Shown here: positions 1 to 9,609 of the stretch, piece by piece
Numbering within the stretch: position 1 is the first letter of the stretch
Layout of the letters: every line of letters starts with the position of its first letter
DNA from: Candidatus Shapirobacteria bacterium CG2_30_35_20
GTDB taxonomy: Bacteria > Patescibacteriota > Microgenomatia > UBA12405
NCBI GenBank assembly: GCA_001873665.1
Contig: MNZO01000020.1
Location: 1 to 37,692, forward strand
Direction of reading: 5' to 3'
Length of the DNA stretch: 37,692 bases
The notes under the pieces: generated by a model
Databases searched by the model: none
The model's input: only the letters and a program-made list of their open reading frames with translations
What the model was told of the DNA's origin: nothing
Program-made: the position numbers and the translations under genes

Positions 1-17
1 AAATTAAAAATTATTTT

Positions 18-1103
18 ATGAACATCGGTATTGATGGCAACGAAGCCAATATAAAAACTAGGGTCGGCAGTGGTCAATATTCTTTTCACATTTTGACCCA
101 ATTAAATAAATTAAATAAATTACATCACTTCACTGTTTACCTAAAATCAAAACCACTATCTGACATGCCCAAACGAAATAAACTTTGGCACTACAAAGTT
201 ATTGGACCAAAACTATTATGGACCAAATTTGCCCTTCCCCTATACCTGGCAATATCCAAAAATAATCTCGATTTATTTTATTCACCTACTCACTATTCTC
301 CCACCCCCAGTCCCATCCCCACTATCCCCACTATCCATGACATTGGTTACTTACAAAAACCAGACGAATTCAATAAAAAAGACTTTTACCAATTAAAAAA
401 TTGGACTTATCTTTCAATTAAACAAGCCAAACATATTGTCGCAGTTTCGGAATTTACCAAAAACGAAATTATCAAAGAATACAAAATCAGCCCCCAAAAA
501 ATATCCGTCATCCCCAACGGTATTACCAAATTCAAAAAACACACCAAAACAGAATCAGCCAAAATCATGCACAAATTTAAAATAACTAAACCCTATTTTT
601 TATCGGTTGGCACCCTCAAACCTAACAAAAACTATCCTTTTTTAATCAAAGCCTTTTCTGTTTTTCTCTCGCGCCAACGCGCCAACGCGCTATCGTCCCA
701 GTTAGTCATCTCCGGCAAAAAAGGTTGGTTGTTTGATGAAATTTTAAAAACGGTTGTGGATTTAAAACTGCAAGACTCTGTAATTTTTACCAACTATGTC
801 ACCGAAAAAGAAAGAAATATCTTATTCCAAAATGCCACCGCTACCGTTTTACCCTCACTATACGAAGGTTTTGGCATTCCCGCCATCGAATCCCAATCGT
901 TTGACACCCCAGTTATCGTTAGTGACATCCCCAGCTATCGCGAAATTTTGGGTAACAGTGGCATTTACATCGACCCTAATGACGAAAAATCCTTAATAAA
1001 AGCATTATCTAACATAAAAAATAATCATTCTCAAAACTACAAACGATATTTGTGGACTCAAAGCGCCACCAAACTACTGCACCTATTTGACAACCTAAAA
1101 TGA
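18..1103 (+). CDS. GT4 family glycosyltransferase
   Basis: N-terminal IGIDG, TIHD, VGTLKPNKN and PSLYEGFGIPAIE motifs. Confidence 0.92.
   Translation: MNIGIDGNEANIKTRVGSGQYSFHILTQLNKLNKLHHFTVYLKSKPLSDMPKRNKLWHYKVIGPKLLWTKFALPLYLAISKNNLDLFYSPTHYSPTPSPIPTIPTIHDIGYLQKPDEFNKKDFYQLKNWTYLSIKQAKHIVAVSEFTKNEIIKEYKISPQKISVIPNGITKFKKHTKTESAKIMHKFKITKPYFLSVGTLKPNKNYPFLIKAFSVFLSRQRANALSSQLVISGKKGWLFDEILKTVVDLKLQDSVIFTNYVTEKERNILFQNATATVLPSLYEGFGIPAIESQSFDTPVIVSDIPSYREILGNSGIYIDPNDEKSLIKALSNIKNNHSQNYKRYLWTQSATKLLHLFDNLK
670..701 (+). repeat. GC-rich 8-nt tandem repeat inside the GT4 CDS
   Basis: cgcgccaa cgcgccaa cgcgctat cgtcccag, encoding SRQRANALSSQ. Confidence 0.65.
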
Positions 1104-1109
1104 TATAAT
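1101..1109 (+). promoter_or_regulatory. extended -10 promoter (TGnTATAAT), probably giving a leaderless transcript
   Basis: TGATATAAT ending 5 nt before ATG 1115. Confidence 0.6.
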
Positions 1110-1114
1110 ATCTC

Positions 1115-1381
1115 ATGTTACCACCGTCTGTAAAACAAACACTTTGGTCGTACGATACCGATAAAATAGACAAAACAAAAGACAAACGATTAATAATCTC
1201 CCAAGTCTTAAATTTTGGTAGTAAAGATGCTACCGATTGGGCCATAGATAATTATGGCAAGAAAATCATAAAGACAGTCGCTATGTCAATTCCTAAGGGT
1301 CAATGGGGTAAAAAATCTTTAAACTATTGGTCATTAATTTTAGGTTTTGACCAAAACCAAATTAAGCCAAGATTCAATTAA
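1115..1381 (+). CDS. small DUF6922-like protein, putative antitoxin partner of the AbiEii-type gene
   Basis: LWSYD...IISQVLNFG...W...YG...SLNYW pattern; directly upstream of a nucleotidyltransferase toxin-family gene. Confidence 0.65.
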   Translation: MLPPSVKQTLWSYDTDKIDKTKDKRLIISQVLNFGSKDATDWAIDNYGKKIIKTVAMSIPKGQWGKKSLNYWSLILGFDQNQIKPRFN

Positions 1382-1384
1382 ACT

Positions 1385-2008
1385 ATGTACTGGGATATTT
1401 TAGACACAAATCGTAAAAATATATTACCTAAATTGGCAAAAATAACCAACGGTTTCTATTTGGCCGGTGGTACCGCCTTAGCTTTACAACTAGGTCATCG
1501 TGACAGTATTGATTTTGATTTTTTTTCACCAAAACAATTTAGTAATACAAAATTATTTCAAAAAATTGAAAATATTTTTATTAACCATAAAATTTTAAAA
1601 ACTCAAGACGAAAAAGACACCCTATCGGTCACCATCGACAATAACATCAAATTTAGTTTTATTACCTATAAATATAAATTAATCAAACCACTAATTAATT
1701 CTAAATATTTTGACATAGCTTCAATCGAAGATATCGGCTGTATGAAGCTGTCAGCTATTGTCAGCCGTTATTTATTAAAGGATTATGTCGATATTTATTG
1801 GATATTGCATCAAATTAGTTTACCCAATTTAATTATATTAAATCAACAAAAACATCAAAATCTCGACACAAACTTGGTACTAAAAAGTCTGGTATATTTT
1901 GACGATATAATTCCAGAACCAATTTTGTACAAAAATAACAAAGAAATTAGTTTTGATGTATTAAAACAATTCTTAACCCAAACTGTTACAAGCTTCTCTC
2001 GTGTATAA
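1385..2008 (+). CDS. AbiEii/AbiGii-family nucleotidyltransferase (type IV TA toxin-like)
   Basis: FYLAGGTALALQLGHRDSIDFDFF, MKLSAI and KDYVDIY motifs. Confidence 0.88.
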   Translation: MYWDILDTNRKNILPKLAKITNGFYLAGGTALALQLGHRDSIDFDFFSPKQFSNTKLFQKIENIFINHKILKTQDEKDTLSVTIDNNIKFSFITYKYKLIKPLINSKYFDIASIEDIGCMKLSAIVSRYLLKDYVDIYWILHQISLPNLIILNQQKHQNLDTNLVLKSLVYFDDIIPEPILYKNNKEISFDVLKQFLTQTVTSFSRV

Positions 2009-2015
2009 TTCTCCT

Positions 2016-2609
2016 ATGAATGAACACGTCGGCCAAAAAATTTCAATTCAAAACATTATTCCCAAATCACTTAATCGTCTTCAAACTATTTTTCTTGAAT
2101 TGGAACTATTGTTTTTAAAATACGTCGGTTTTATCCCCATTCATGCCGTTCGCAAATTTTTCTATATTTTATCTGGTCTAAATATGCCCCTAGACTCCAA
2201 CATTTATATGGGGGCTAATTTTTTTAACCCCTCTGGTATCACCATCGGCCACGACTCACTAATTGGCACCAATGCCTTTCTTGACGGACGCTCACCTCTC
2301 ACCATTGGTAACCATTCTAGCTTGGCATCCGAAGTTATGATTTACAACGACGAGCACAACATCCACGACCCAAACTATTCCAATTCTTTTGGACCAGTTA
2401 CCATTGGCGATTATGTCTTTGTTGGGCCACGTGCCATAATTTTGCCCAATATTAAAATAGGAGATGGGGCCGTCATTGCCGCCGGGGCTATAGTTACCAA
2501 AAATATCCCACCCTTTGAAGTTTGGGGTGGTGTTCCTGCCCAAAAAATATCTGATCGCAAACTAAAAAATCCCCATTACAAACTAGGTCGAGCCATGTGG
2601 TTTCAATGA
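2016..2609 (+). CDS. hexapeptide-repeat (left-handed beta-helix) sugar O-acyltransferase
   Basis: ITIGHDSLIG, VTIGDYVFVG, IGDGAVIAAGAIVTK and WGGVPA; ATG 2016 preferred because TATAAT lies at 2004-2009. Confidence 0.88.
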   Translation: MNEHVGQKISIQNIIPKSLNRLQTIFLELELLFLKYVGFIPIHAVRKFFYILSGLNMPLDSNIYMGANFFNPSGITIGHDSLIGTNAFLDGRSPLTIGNHSSLASEVMIYNDEHNIHDPNYSNSFGPVTIGDYVFVGPRAIILPNIKIGDGAVIAAGAIVTKNIPPFEVWGGVPAQKISDRKLKNPHYKLGRAMWFQ

Positions 2610-3151
2610 TCAAACGACTATCTATCACTATTTTAGTTTTGTTTAACATATTTTTTGTAATTTATCTGGTCACCCCCACACCCTCACTCAAACTTTTACC
2701 TAACAGTGTCTTGTCAACTTTGCCAGGTGATACCACCCAATTAAAAAACGTTACCGGTTACTACACCAACCTTTCACGAACCGAAGTTATCAACTTTTAC
2801 CTATCTTTTTATCAAAGTCCTTTTTTAATTCGTCTAAATCATCCTCCTGAAAAGTCCAAAGAAATTTTTCGCGACACTATGCAAAGTTATTATTTGGAAG
2901 AATTTATAATTCCTTTCAAAGAATCACTATTTATCAATGGCTATGAATGGGAAAAAGATGTCTTTACTAAACCAGAAAAAAGAATTCAAAACAAATTAAT
3001 CTATAACAATATTACCTATCGCAGTAAGATTAATACCAAAATAATTTCTACCTCAACTTATACTCGCCTCTCAATATTTTTTATAATCCAATTAGGTGTT
3101 TATTTAATTTTCCTCTGCTACCGACGATTTTTTTCCCAAAATGCCAAATAA
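2606..3151 (+). CDS. hypothetical membrane protein with N- and C-terminal TM segments
   Basis: ATGA overlap with the upstream stop; hydrophobic ends. Confidence 0.7.
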   Translation: MIKRLSITILVLFNIFFVIYLVTPTPSLKLLPNSVLSTLPGDTTQLKNVTGYYTNLSRTEVINFYLSFYQSPFLIRLNHPPEKSKEIFRDTMQSYYLEEFIIPFKESLFINGYEWEKDVFTKPEKRIQNKLIYNNITYRSKINTKIISTSTYTRLSIFFIIQLGVYLIFLCYRRFFSQNAK

Positions 3152-4049
3152 TCCATTGTTATCCATTATTGTTGTTTCTTTTAATACCGCCGATATTACC
3201 ATAAGTTGCATAAAATCTATCTATCAGGACAAAGGTCTAAAAGACATCCCTTTTGAAATAATTGTTATTGACAACGCCTCCACCGACGATAGCATTTTGA
3301 AAATTAATAAATTTATCCATTCATTAAAAATTGAAAATTGTAAATTGAAAATTAATTCCTCAAATCTCGGTTTTGCCAAAGCCAACAATCAAGGTCTAAA
3401 AATCGCTCGGGGTCAATATATTTTATTATTAAACTCCGATACTATTATATTACACTCTGCTATTTCTCAATCTTTAAATTGGCTATCCAGCCACCCCGAA
3501 GCTCACTGTTGCACCGCTCAATTATTAAACAAAAATAAAACCATTCAAGCCTCCGGCGGATTTTTCCCGACGTTATCAAATATTTTCACTTGGTGTCTGG
3601 GTCTTGACGATTTGCCCTTTACTAATTTTTTTATCCGCCCCTTTCACCCCCACACTCCTAAGTTTTACACCAAGGACAATTTTTACACCAAGGATCATCC
3701 TCAAGACTGGGTCACTGGCGCCTTCATGCTATTCCGCAAATCAGTTTATGACAAAATTGGTGGATTTGACAAAAATTGGTTCATGTATGGCGAAGAATAT
3801 GAATATCAATATCGCCTGCATTTGGCTTTTCCTCAAACCCAATGTTGGTATCTAATCGGACCCCAAATTATCCATCTTGGTGGTGCTTCATCTGTCACCA
3901 AAACTGATCCCATTACCCGTGAATATGAAGGCGTTATTGCTTTTTTTACTAAACATAAACCAAAATATCAATTACCCATCATCAAAATTTTACTAAAATT
4001 AAATAGTTCTTTACGCAGTATTATTAATCCAATCTATGAACATCTTTAG
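3141..4049 (+). CDS. GT2 family glycosyltransferase
   Basis: SIIVVSFN, IDNASTD, NLGFAKANN, LLNSD, VTGAFML and FMYGEE. Confidence 0.92.
   Translation: MPNNPLLSIIVVSFNTADITISCIKSIYQDKGLKDIPFEIIVIDNASTDDSILKINKFIHSLKIENCKLKINSSNLGFAKANNQGLKIARGQYILLLNSDTIILHSAISQSLNWLSSHPEAHCCTAQLLNKNKTIQASGGFFPTLSNIFTWCLGLDDLPFTNFFIRPFHPHTPKFYTKDNFYTKDHPQDWVTGAFMLFRKSVYDKIGGFDKNWFMYGEEYEYQYRLHLAFPQTQCWYLIGPQIIHLGGASSVTKTDPITREYEGVIAFFTKHKPKYQLPIIKILLKLNSSLRSIINPIYEHL
3319..3353 (+). repeat. AAAATTG-type heptamer repeat, in-frame inside the GT2 CDS
   Basis: attcattaaaaattgaaaattgtaaattgaaaatt, encoding HSLKIENCKLKI. Confidence 0.7.
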
Positions 4050-5433
4050 AATAATCCTTGCCACCTTAATTTTATTTATTCCTCTATATCCAAAATTTCC
4101 CTTAGCCAATTTTTCTGGAATTTATGTTGCTCTTCGTCTCGACGATATCATTATTGCTATCGTCATCTTAATTTGGGTCTTCGCCCAAATCAAAAACAAA
4201 TTCCCCATTCTTAAACAAAAAATTACTTATTTATTTTTGGCCTATTTTGTCGCCATATCAATTTCAACTCTCATCGCCGTTTTTATTTATCAAACCACTT
4301 CACCCCATATTCTCCTGCTCCATCTCTTCCGACGTTTCGAATATTTGTCATTATTTTTTATCACTCTCGGGGCACTCCCCACCAAAAAGGATTTTTCCTT
4401 CTCTTATTATTTTTTACTTCTCAGTCTCCTTGGGATTACCCTCTATGGTTATGGTCAACGCCACTACAACCTCCCCATAATTTCCACCATGAACGAGGAA
4501 TTTTCTCGTGGCCAATTACTCCAAACGAGTATTTGGACTCGAGTCAGCTCAACTTTTGCTGGGCATTACGATTTGGCCGCCTATCTTAGTTTAGTTTTAA
4601 TTATCATCTTTTCACTCATCCCCATTATAAAAAATAAAATCCTAAAAACCGTTTCTCTGATTTTATTTTTGGTTAGTTTTAATTTATTGACCCAAACCGC
4701 CTCTCGGATTTCCATTTTCGCTTTTTGGGGAGGTTGTTTTGTCGCCCTCTTTTTAATCAAAAAATACCTCTGGATTATTCCTATTTCACTTCTAGTTGTC
4801 TATTCAATGTTCAATTCAATTGATTTAAATCAACGGCTCCTCGCCACCCTCAACATTCTCAAACCAAAACCAACTCCTACCATTATCATCTCAACCAAAC
4901 CAACAACACCTCAACCTACCGCCATAATTATCAAAATAAAACCAACACTCACCAAATATGTTGTCGTCCCCACCCCCTTTCCCACCATTATTCGTCATGG
5001 ACCAATTGACGAATTTATTCCCATTGATACCGACATTGGAGTCGCTCGATCAGGAGAAATTCGCTTTAATGTGGAATGGCCCCGCGCCATCAATGCTTTC
5101 CAAAAAAATATTTTGTTTGGCACTGGTTTAGGGTCAATTTCTCTGGCCACTGATAATGATTTTCTCCGACTTTTGGGTGAAAGTGGCATCTTCGGTTTCA
5201 TCACCTTTTTATTTATTCCATTTTATTTTCTCCTCAAAACCATCAAATATTTTTGGCAAAAAAAACCAGATTTTTACATTCAACTTCAATTGATTTTTAT
5301 CGGAGTTATTGTTTCAGCTTTTGCCAACGCTATTTTTATTGATATTTTTGAAGCTTCAAAAGTAGCCTATACTTTTTGGATTATAATGGCTATTTTTTAC
5401 CGACTTATTGAACTAAATTCAAACAAGAAATGA
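4036..5433 (+). CDS. O-antigen ligase/polymerase-like (Wzy_C) polytopic membrane protein
   Basis: about 12 TM segments; RVSSTF, TASR, IRFNVEWPRAINAFQKNILFGTG and DNDFLRLLGESGIFG. Confidence 0.78.
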   Translation: MNIFRIILATLILFIPLYPKFPLANFSGIYVALRLDDIIIAIVILIWVFAQIKNKFPILKQKITYLFLAYFVAISISTLIAVFIYQTTSPHILLLHLFRRFEYLSLFFITLGALPTKKDFSFSYYFLLLSLLGITLYGYGQRHYNLPIISTMNEEFSRGQLLQTSIWTRVSSTFAGHYDLAAYLSLVLIIIFSLIPIIKNKILKTVSLILFLVSFNLLTQTASRISIFAFWGGCFVALFLIKKYLWIIPISLLVVYSMFNSIDLNQRLLATLNILKPKPTPTIIISTKPTTPQPTAIIIKIKPTLTKYVVVPTPFPTIIRHGPIDEFIPIDTDIGVARSGEIRFNVEWPRAINAFQKNILFGTGLGSISLATDNDFLRLLGESGIFGFITFLFIPFYFLLKTIKYFWQKKPDFYIQLQLIFIGVIVSAFANAIFIDIFEASKVAYTFWIIMAIFYRLIELNSNKK

Positions 5434-6896
5434 ATAAAACAAAAATATTTATAATCATTCTCGCTCTATTTATTGGATTATTACTTCGATTATACAAAAT
5501 CTATTCACCTATTGCCGACTGGCACTCCTTCCGTCAAGCTGACACCGTTTCCGTTACCAAAATATATTCCCAAAATGGTTTTGATTTTCTCCACCCAAAA
5601 TATTTTGACGTCTCCTCTACCCAATCTGGTATCAACAATCCCCAAGGTTTTCGCCTGGTCGAAGCACCAATCTACAACACAGTCTCCCTAGTATTTCATA
5701 ATATTTTTCATCAAAATGTCAAAGTATCTTCTCGCCTTGTTTCTATTTTATTTTCTTTGGGTAGTGGATTTATAATTTTTCTTTTTGTTCTTAAAACAAC
5801 CAATCTTTTCTTGCCCTCACTTTTTAGTCTCCTCCTTTTTATGGTTTTACCCTTTAATATCTATTATTCACGCACTACTCTGCCCGAACCAACCGCCGTT
5901 TTTTTTATGATGCTTTCACTTTATTTATTTACCAAAAATATCTATATTTCTGCCCTCTCCCTCGCCTTGTCAATACTAGTCAAACCCTACACCGCCATTA
6001 TCATCTTTCCCACCTTGTTAACTTTAATTTTTATATACAAATCCAATTTAATTTTTAACAAAAATTTATATAAAATATTTATTTTTGCCATTTTAAGTCT
6101 TTTGCCATTTATTTTGTGGCGTTTGTGGATTTCTCAGTTCCCAGAGGGTATCCCCGTCAGCAACTGGCTTTTAAATAATGGCACCACCACCACTTTTCCC
6201 AGCTGGTTTCATGGTTACAACCTCAGTTTTCTCAACAAATTAATTGCCCTCCGCCCCCATTGGTGGTATTGGCTATTCCAAGACCGTCTTGGCAATTTAA
6301 TATTGGGAGTTTATGGCGTTATTCCTTTATTTTTGGGACTAGCCTATCGACGTAAACATTCACAAGCAATTACTATTAGCCTAACCGTCGGCATTTTTTT
6401 ATATTTTCTAATTATAGCCCAAGGCAACATTCAACACGACTATTATCAAATATTAATTATTCCCTCACTCTCAATTCTTTGTGGTTTGGGCTACTTTTAT
6501 ATTTATGAAATAATTTTCAAAAACTATTTTCTCAAAATTTTCTCGATTTTCTTCATCTTTACTCTGTCAACTTTTCTATCATATCAAAGAGTAGTTGAAT
6601 ATTACAAAATCAATAACCCCCAAATCATCACCGCGGGCAACAAAGTCAACGAAATTACCCCCAAAAACTCAATAATTATTGCCCCTTACAATGGTGACAC
6701 TGCTTTTCTTTACCAAACCAATCGTTCTGGTTTTCCTATCGAAATTTATGATTTTGAATCAATTAAAAAAGAATTTCCTGCACGACCGATTTACTTTACC
6801 TCAGTAAATTATGACGACTACACCAATAAAATTATCAAACAATTCCCCACCATCTATCGCGACAGCCAATTTATTATTTTAGAAATATCAAAATGA
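5430..6896 (+). CDS. GT-C fold (ArnT/PMT-like) membrane glycosyltransferase
   Basis: DWHSFRQADT loop after TM1; EAPIY, YYSRTTLPE, LVKP and HDYY; many TM segments. Confidence 0.8.
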   Translation: MNKTKIFIIILALFIGLLLRLYKIYSPIADWHSFRQADTVSVTKIYSQNGFDFLHPKYFDVSSTQSGINNPQGFRLVEAPIYNTVSLVFHNIFHQNVKVSSRLVSILFSLGSGFIIFLFVLKTTNLFLPSLFSLLLFMVLPFNIYYSRTTLPEPTAVFFMMLSLYLFTKNIYISALSLALSILVKPYTAIIIFPTLLTLIFIYKSNLIFNKNLYKIFIFAILSLLPFILWRLWISQFPEGIPVSNWLLNNGTTTTFPSWFHGYNLSFLNKLIALRPHWWYWLFQDRLGNLILGVYGVIPLFLGLAYRRKHSQAITISLTVGIFLYFLIIAQGNIQHDYYQILIIPSLSILCGLGYFYIYEIIFKNYFLKIFSIFFIFTLSTFLSYQRVVEYYKINNPQIITAGNKVNEITPKNSIIIAPYNGDTAFLYQTNRSGFPIEIYDFESIKKEFPARPIYFTSVNYDDYTNKIIKQFPTIYRDSQFIILEISK

Positions 6897-8101
6897 CCAA
6901 AAGAAATATTTTAATGGTCACCCCCTATATTCCCAGATTAGAACAATCGGGCGGTCAGCGTCATTCGTTTTTTACCCTAAAATATTTATCCAAAACCAAC
7001 AATGTTACCTTAATTTGTTATAGCCGCAACGAGGATGGGCTACAAGAAGTAAAACAATATTGTCAAAAAGTAATTATTGTCAAAAGATCCACCACCTGGA
7101 GTCTGTCAAACATTTTGTCAACTGGATTTGGAATCTATCCATTTTTACTGGTAAATTACATTAACAAAGAATTTCGTCACGCCATTGAGACAGAAATAAA
7201 AAATGGCAAGTTTGACATCATCCATTGTGATTGTCTCTATCCTATGGCTAATATTCCCAAGACTAATATTCCGACGATTCTGGTTGATGTCACTATCGAG
7301 TATGCCATTTATCAGCATTTTGCCGATTCTCTTACTAGCTGGCAAAAAATTTTACGACCACTACTCATGGTTGATGTCCTCAAACTCAAATATTGGGAAA
7401 CCAAATATTGGCGTGAAACTGATACCGTTATTATGTTTAGCCACGAAGACCAAGAATTTGTTGCCAAAGTTACCGGACGCAAGGACATTCAAATTTTTGA
7501 AGATGCGGTTGACCCAGAATATTTTAATTTACCTAGAAAAACAGAAAAATCAAAACACCCTACCGTCCTCTTCGGTTGCTCCAACATGAAGTGGATGCAA
7601 AATCGCGAGTCAGTTGATCTAATATTAAGAGACTATTGGCCACAAATTAAAAAACGGTATCCCACTTCTCAATTACTTATAATTGGACGCAATGCTCCCG
7701 AAATTTTTGGCAAATACAATTCTGATAGTATCATCGTCGCCGAAGCCGACACCAACGGACCTCACAATCCTCAATACTATTACGAATACAGTTGGATATT
7801 ACTTGCTCCTATGGGTAGCGGAGGAGGAACTCGCAATAAATTTTTAGAAGGTATGACCTTTGGTCTACCAGTTATCACCAACCCCGAAGGGGGGATGGGC
7901 AATATAAAAATTAAAAATTATCATCATGCCATTGTCTGTCCTAAAAAAGAAATTTTAAAAAATATATACAAATTGTTTGACAACCCAAAATATCGACAAT
8001 CAATGGGACAAACCGCCAGTGAATTAATAAAAAACAATTATTCTTTTGATCAAAGTGTCAAAAAACTCAATCAAATCTATGACCAAAGCATCAAAAAATA
8101 A
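6893..8101 (+). CDS. GT4 family glycosyltransferase
   Basis: ILMVTPYIP...SGG and GGGTRNKFLEGMTFGLPVITN. Confidence 0.88.
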   Translation: MTKRNILMVTPYIPRLEQSGGQRHSFFTLKYLSKTNNVTLICYSRNEDGLQEVKQYCQKVIIVKRSTTWSLSNILSTGFGIYPFLLVNYINKEFRHAIETEIKNGKFDIIHCDCLYPMANIPKTNIPTILVDVTIEYAIYQHFADSLTSWQKILRPLLMVDVLKLKYWETKYWRETDTVIMFSHEDQEFVAKVTGRKDIQIFEDAVDPEYFNLPRKTEKSKHPTVLFGCSNMKWMQNRESVDLILRDYWPQIKKRYPTSQLLIIGRNAPEIFGKYNSDSIIVAEADTNGPHNPQYYYEYSWILLAPMGSGGGTRNKFLEGMTFGLPVITNPEGGMGNIKIKNYHHAIVCPKKEILKNIYKLFDNPKYRQSMGQTASELIKNNYSFDQSVKKLNQIYDQSIKK

Positions 8102-9023
8102 TCCCATATTATCGATTGTAATTTTATACTACAATTCTCAAGATTATTTAGAGAAATGTCTCGACAGCCTAGCTAAATCAAAATTAAATAAATACACCAT
8201 TGAAACTATTATCGTCAACAATGGCACCACTGATGGTATTGCCAAACTGGCTGAAAATAAATTTAAAACTAACCCAATTATTAATTCTCACTTCATCTAC
8301 TCACCTACCAATTTAGGTTTTGCCAGTGGTAATAATTTTGGAGTTAAACATATTAATCCCTATTCAAAATATGTTTTATTTGTCAACGACGATATGATTT
8401 TTTTCCCCGATACAATAACTAAAATGATTAATTTTTTTGAAAAAAACATACAAGTCGATGCTTCAACTTGTCATGTTACTCTAGCCAATTCCGGTAAACT
8501 CGCTCCCGAAACCCACCGCGGTTTCCCCACTCCATGGAATACTTTTTGGCACTTTTTCGGTTTAGGTATTCCCAAATTATTTCCCAAATCTAAACTATTA
8601 CACGGATATTTGAGTGATTACAAAGAATATACCACCACTCAAAAAATTGATTGCTGTCAAGGTTGTTTTTTGATGTTAAAGAAAACAGTCGGAGAAAAAA
8701 TTGGCTGGTGGAACGAAAAGTATTTTTTCCTAGGTGAAGACTTAGACCTCTGTTATAAATTAAAACAAAATAACTTTTCTCTTTATTTTTATCCCAAACC
8801 CAAAATTATTCATTTCCATGGAATATCTTCTGGTCTTAAAAAGACTAAATCAAATGCTAATCGTCAAACAAAAATTCATTCAGCCAAAGCATCAACTTCA
8901 GCCATGAAAATTTTTTATCAAGAAAATTTAATGCCAGACTATCCCAAACTTCTCCATCCTATCATTTATTTAGGCATCAAATTTTTAGATGTCTACCGCA
9001 TCTTTAAGGCAAAATATTTATGA
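8079..9023 (+). CDS. GT2 family glycosyltransferase
   Basis: SIVILYYN, NLGFASGNN, FVNDD, GCFLM and EDLDLC; ATG 8079 preferred. Confidence 0.9.
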   Translation: MTKASKNNPILSIVILYYNSQDYLEKCLDSLAKSKLNKYTIETIIVNNGTTDGIAKLAENKFKTNPIINSHFIYSPTNLGFASGNNFGVKHINPYSKYVLFVNDDMIFFPDTITKMINFFEKNIQVDASTCHVTLANSGKLAPETHRGFPTPWNTFWHFFGLGIPKLFPKSKLLHGYLSDYKEYTTTQKIDCCQGCFLMLKKTVGEKIGWWNEKYFFLGEDLDLCYKLKQNNFSLYFYPKPKIIHFHGISSGLKKTKSNANRQTKIHSAKASTSAMKIFYQENLMPDYPKLLHPIIYLGIKFLDVYRIFKAKYL

Positions 9024-9556
9024 AACAAACCACCTACGCTTTTATTGATAGTCAAAATTTGAACCTAGGTACTGGCAACGATTTATATCGAAACAACAAA
9101 TTGATATATAAGGGTTGGAAATTAGATTATCAAAAATTTTTTATATTTCTAAAAGATAAATATAGAATCTCACGGGCCATTTTATTTATTGGATATATTA
9201 AAGAAAATGAAAATCTATATAAAAAACTTAAGAGTTTTGGTTATGAAATAATTTTTAAGCCTACAGTTACCGATAAAAACGGTAAGACAAAAGGTAATGT
9301 TGATGCTGAGTTAATTCTTCACTCAGCTGCCAAACTTATAGATAAATACAATAAGGCTATTATCGTATCGGGAGATGGTGATTTTTATTGTTTATATGAA
9401 TATCTAGAAGAAAAAAATAAATTAGAATCGATAATAATCCCCAACAGAAAATCTGCATCATCTCTTCTAAAAAAGTTTGAAAAATATAAATTATTAATCG
9501 AAACAAAAAAGTTAAAATTAAAATTTAGACAAAAAAATAAGGGGCGTAGCGCATAG
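9020..9556 (+). CDS. NYN domain (LabA/DUF88-like, PIN-like) nuclease
   Basis: AFIDSQNL, KGNVDAEL and IVSGDGDF acidic motifs. Confidence 0.88.
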   Translation: MKQTTYAFIDSQNLNLGTGNDLYRNNKLIYKGWKLDYQKFFIFLKDKYRISRAILFIGYIKENENLYKKLKSFGYEIIFKPTVTDKNGKTKGNVDAELILHSAAKLIDKYNKAIIVSGDGDFYCLYEYLEEKNKLESIIIPNRKSASSLLKKFEKYKLLIETKKLKLKFRQKNKGRSA

Positions 9557-9582
9557 ATACTTAATCTATGAGTCGTGTCCCT
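9540..9582 (+). other. stem-loop overlapping the NYN stop codon
   Basis: outer stem aggggcg/tgtccct; inner stem catagat/atctatg with loop actta. Confidence 0.55.
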
Positions 9583-9609
9583 ATCGTGATTAAGATAATT
9601 ATACAAAAA

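Noticed and set aside
300..337. C-rich ccccactat repeats in the first GT4
   Set aside because: They encode the ordinary Pro-rich lead-in to the TIHD motif and fit the strand's C bias.
3663..3694. 18-nt-period duplication ttttacaccaagga (FYTKDN FYTKDH) in GT2
   Set aside because: A single local tandem duplication with no other copies seen; probably trivial slippage.
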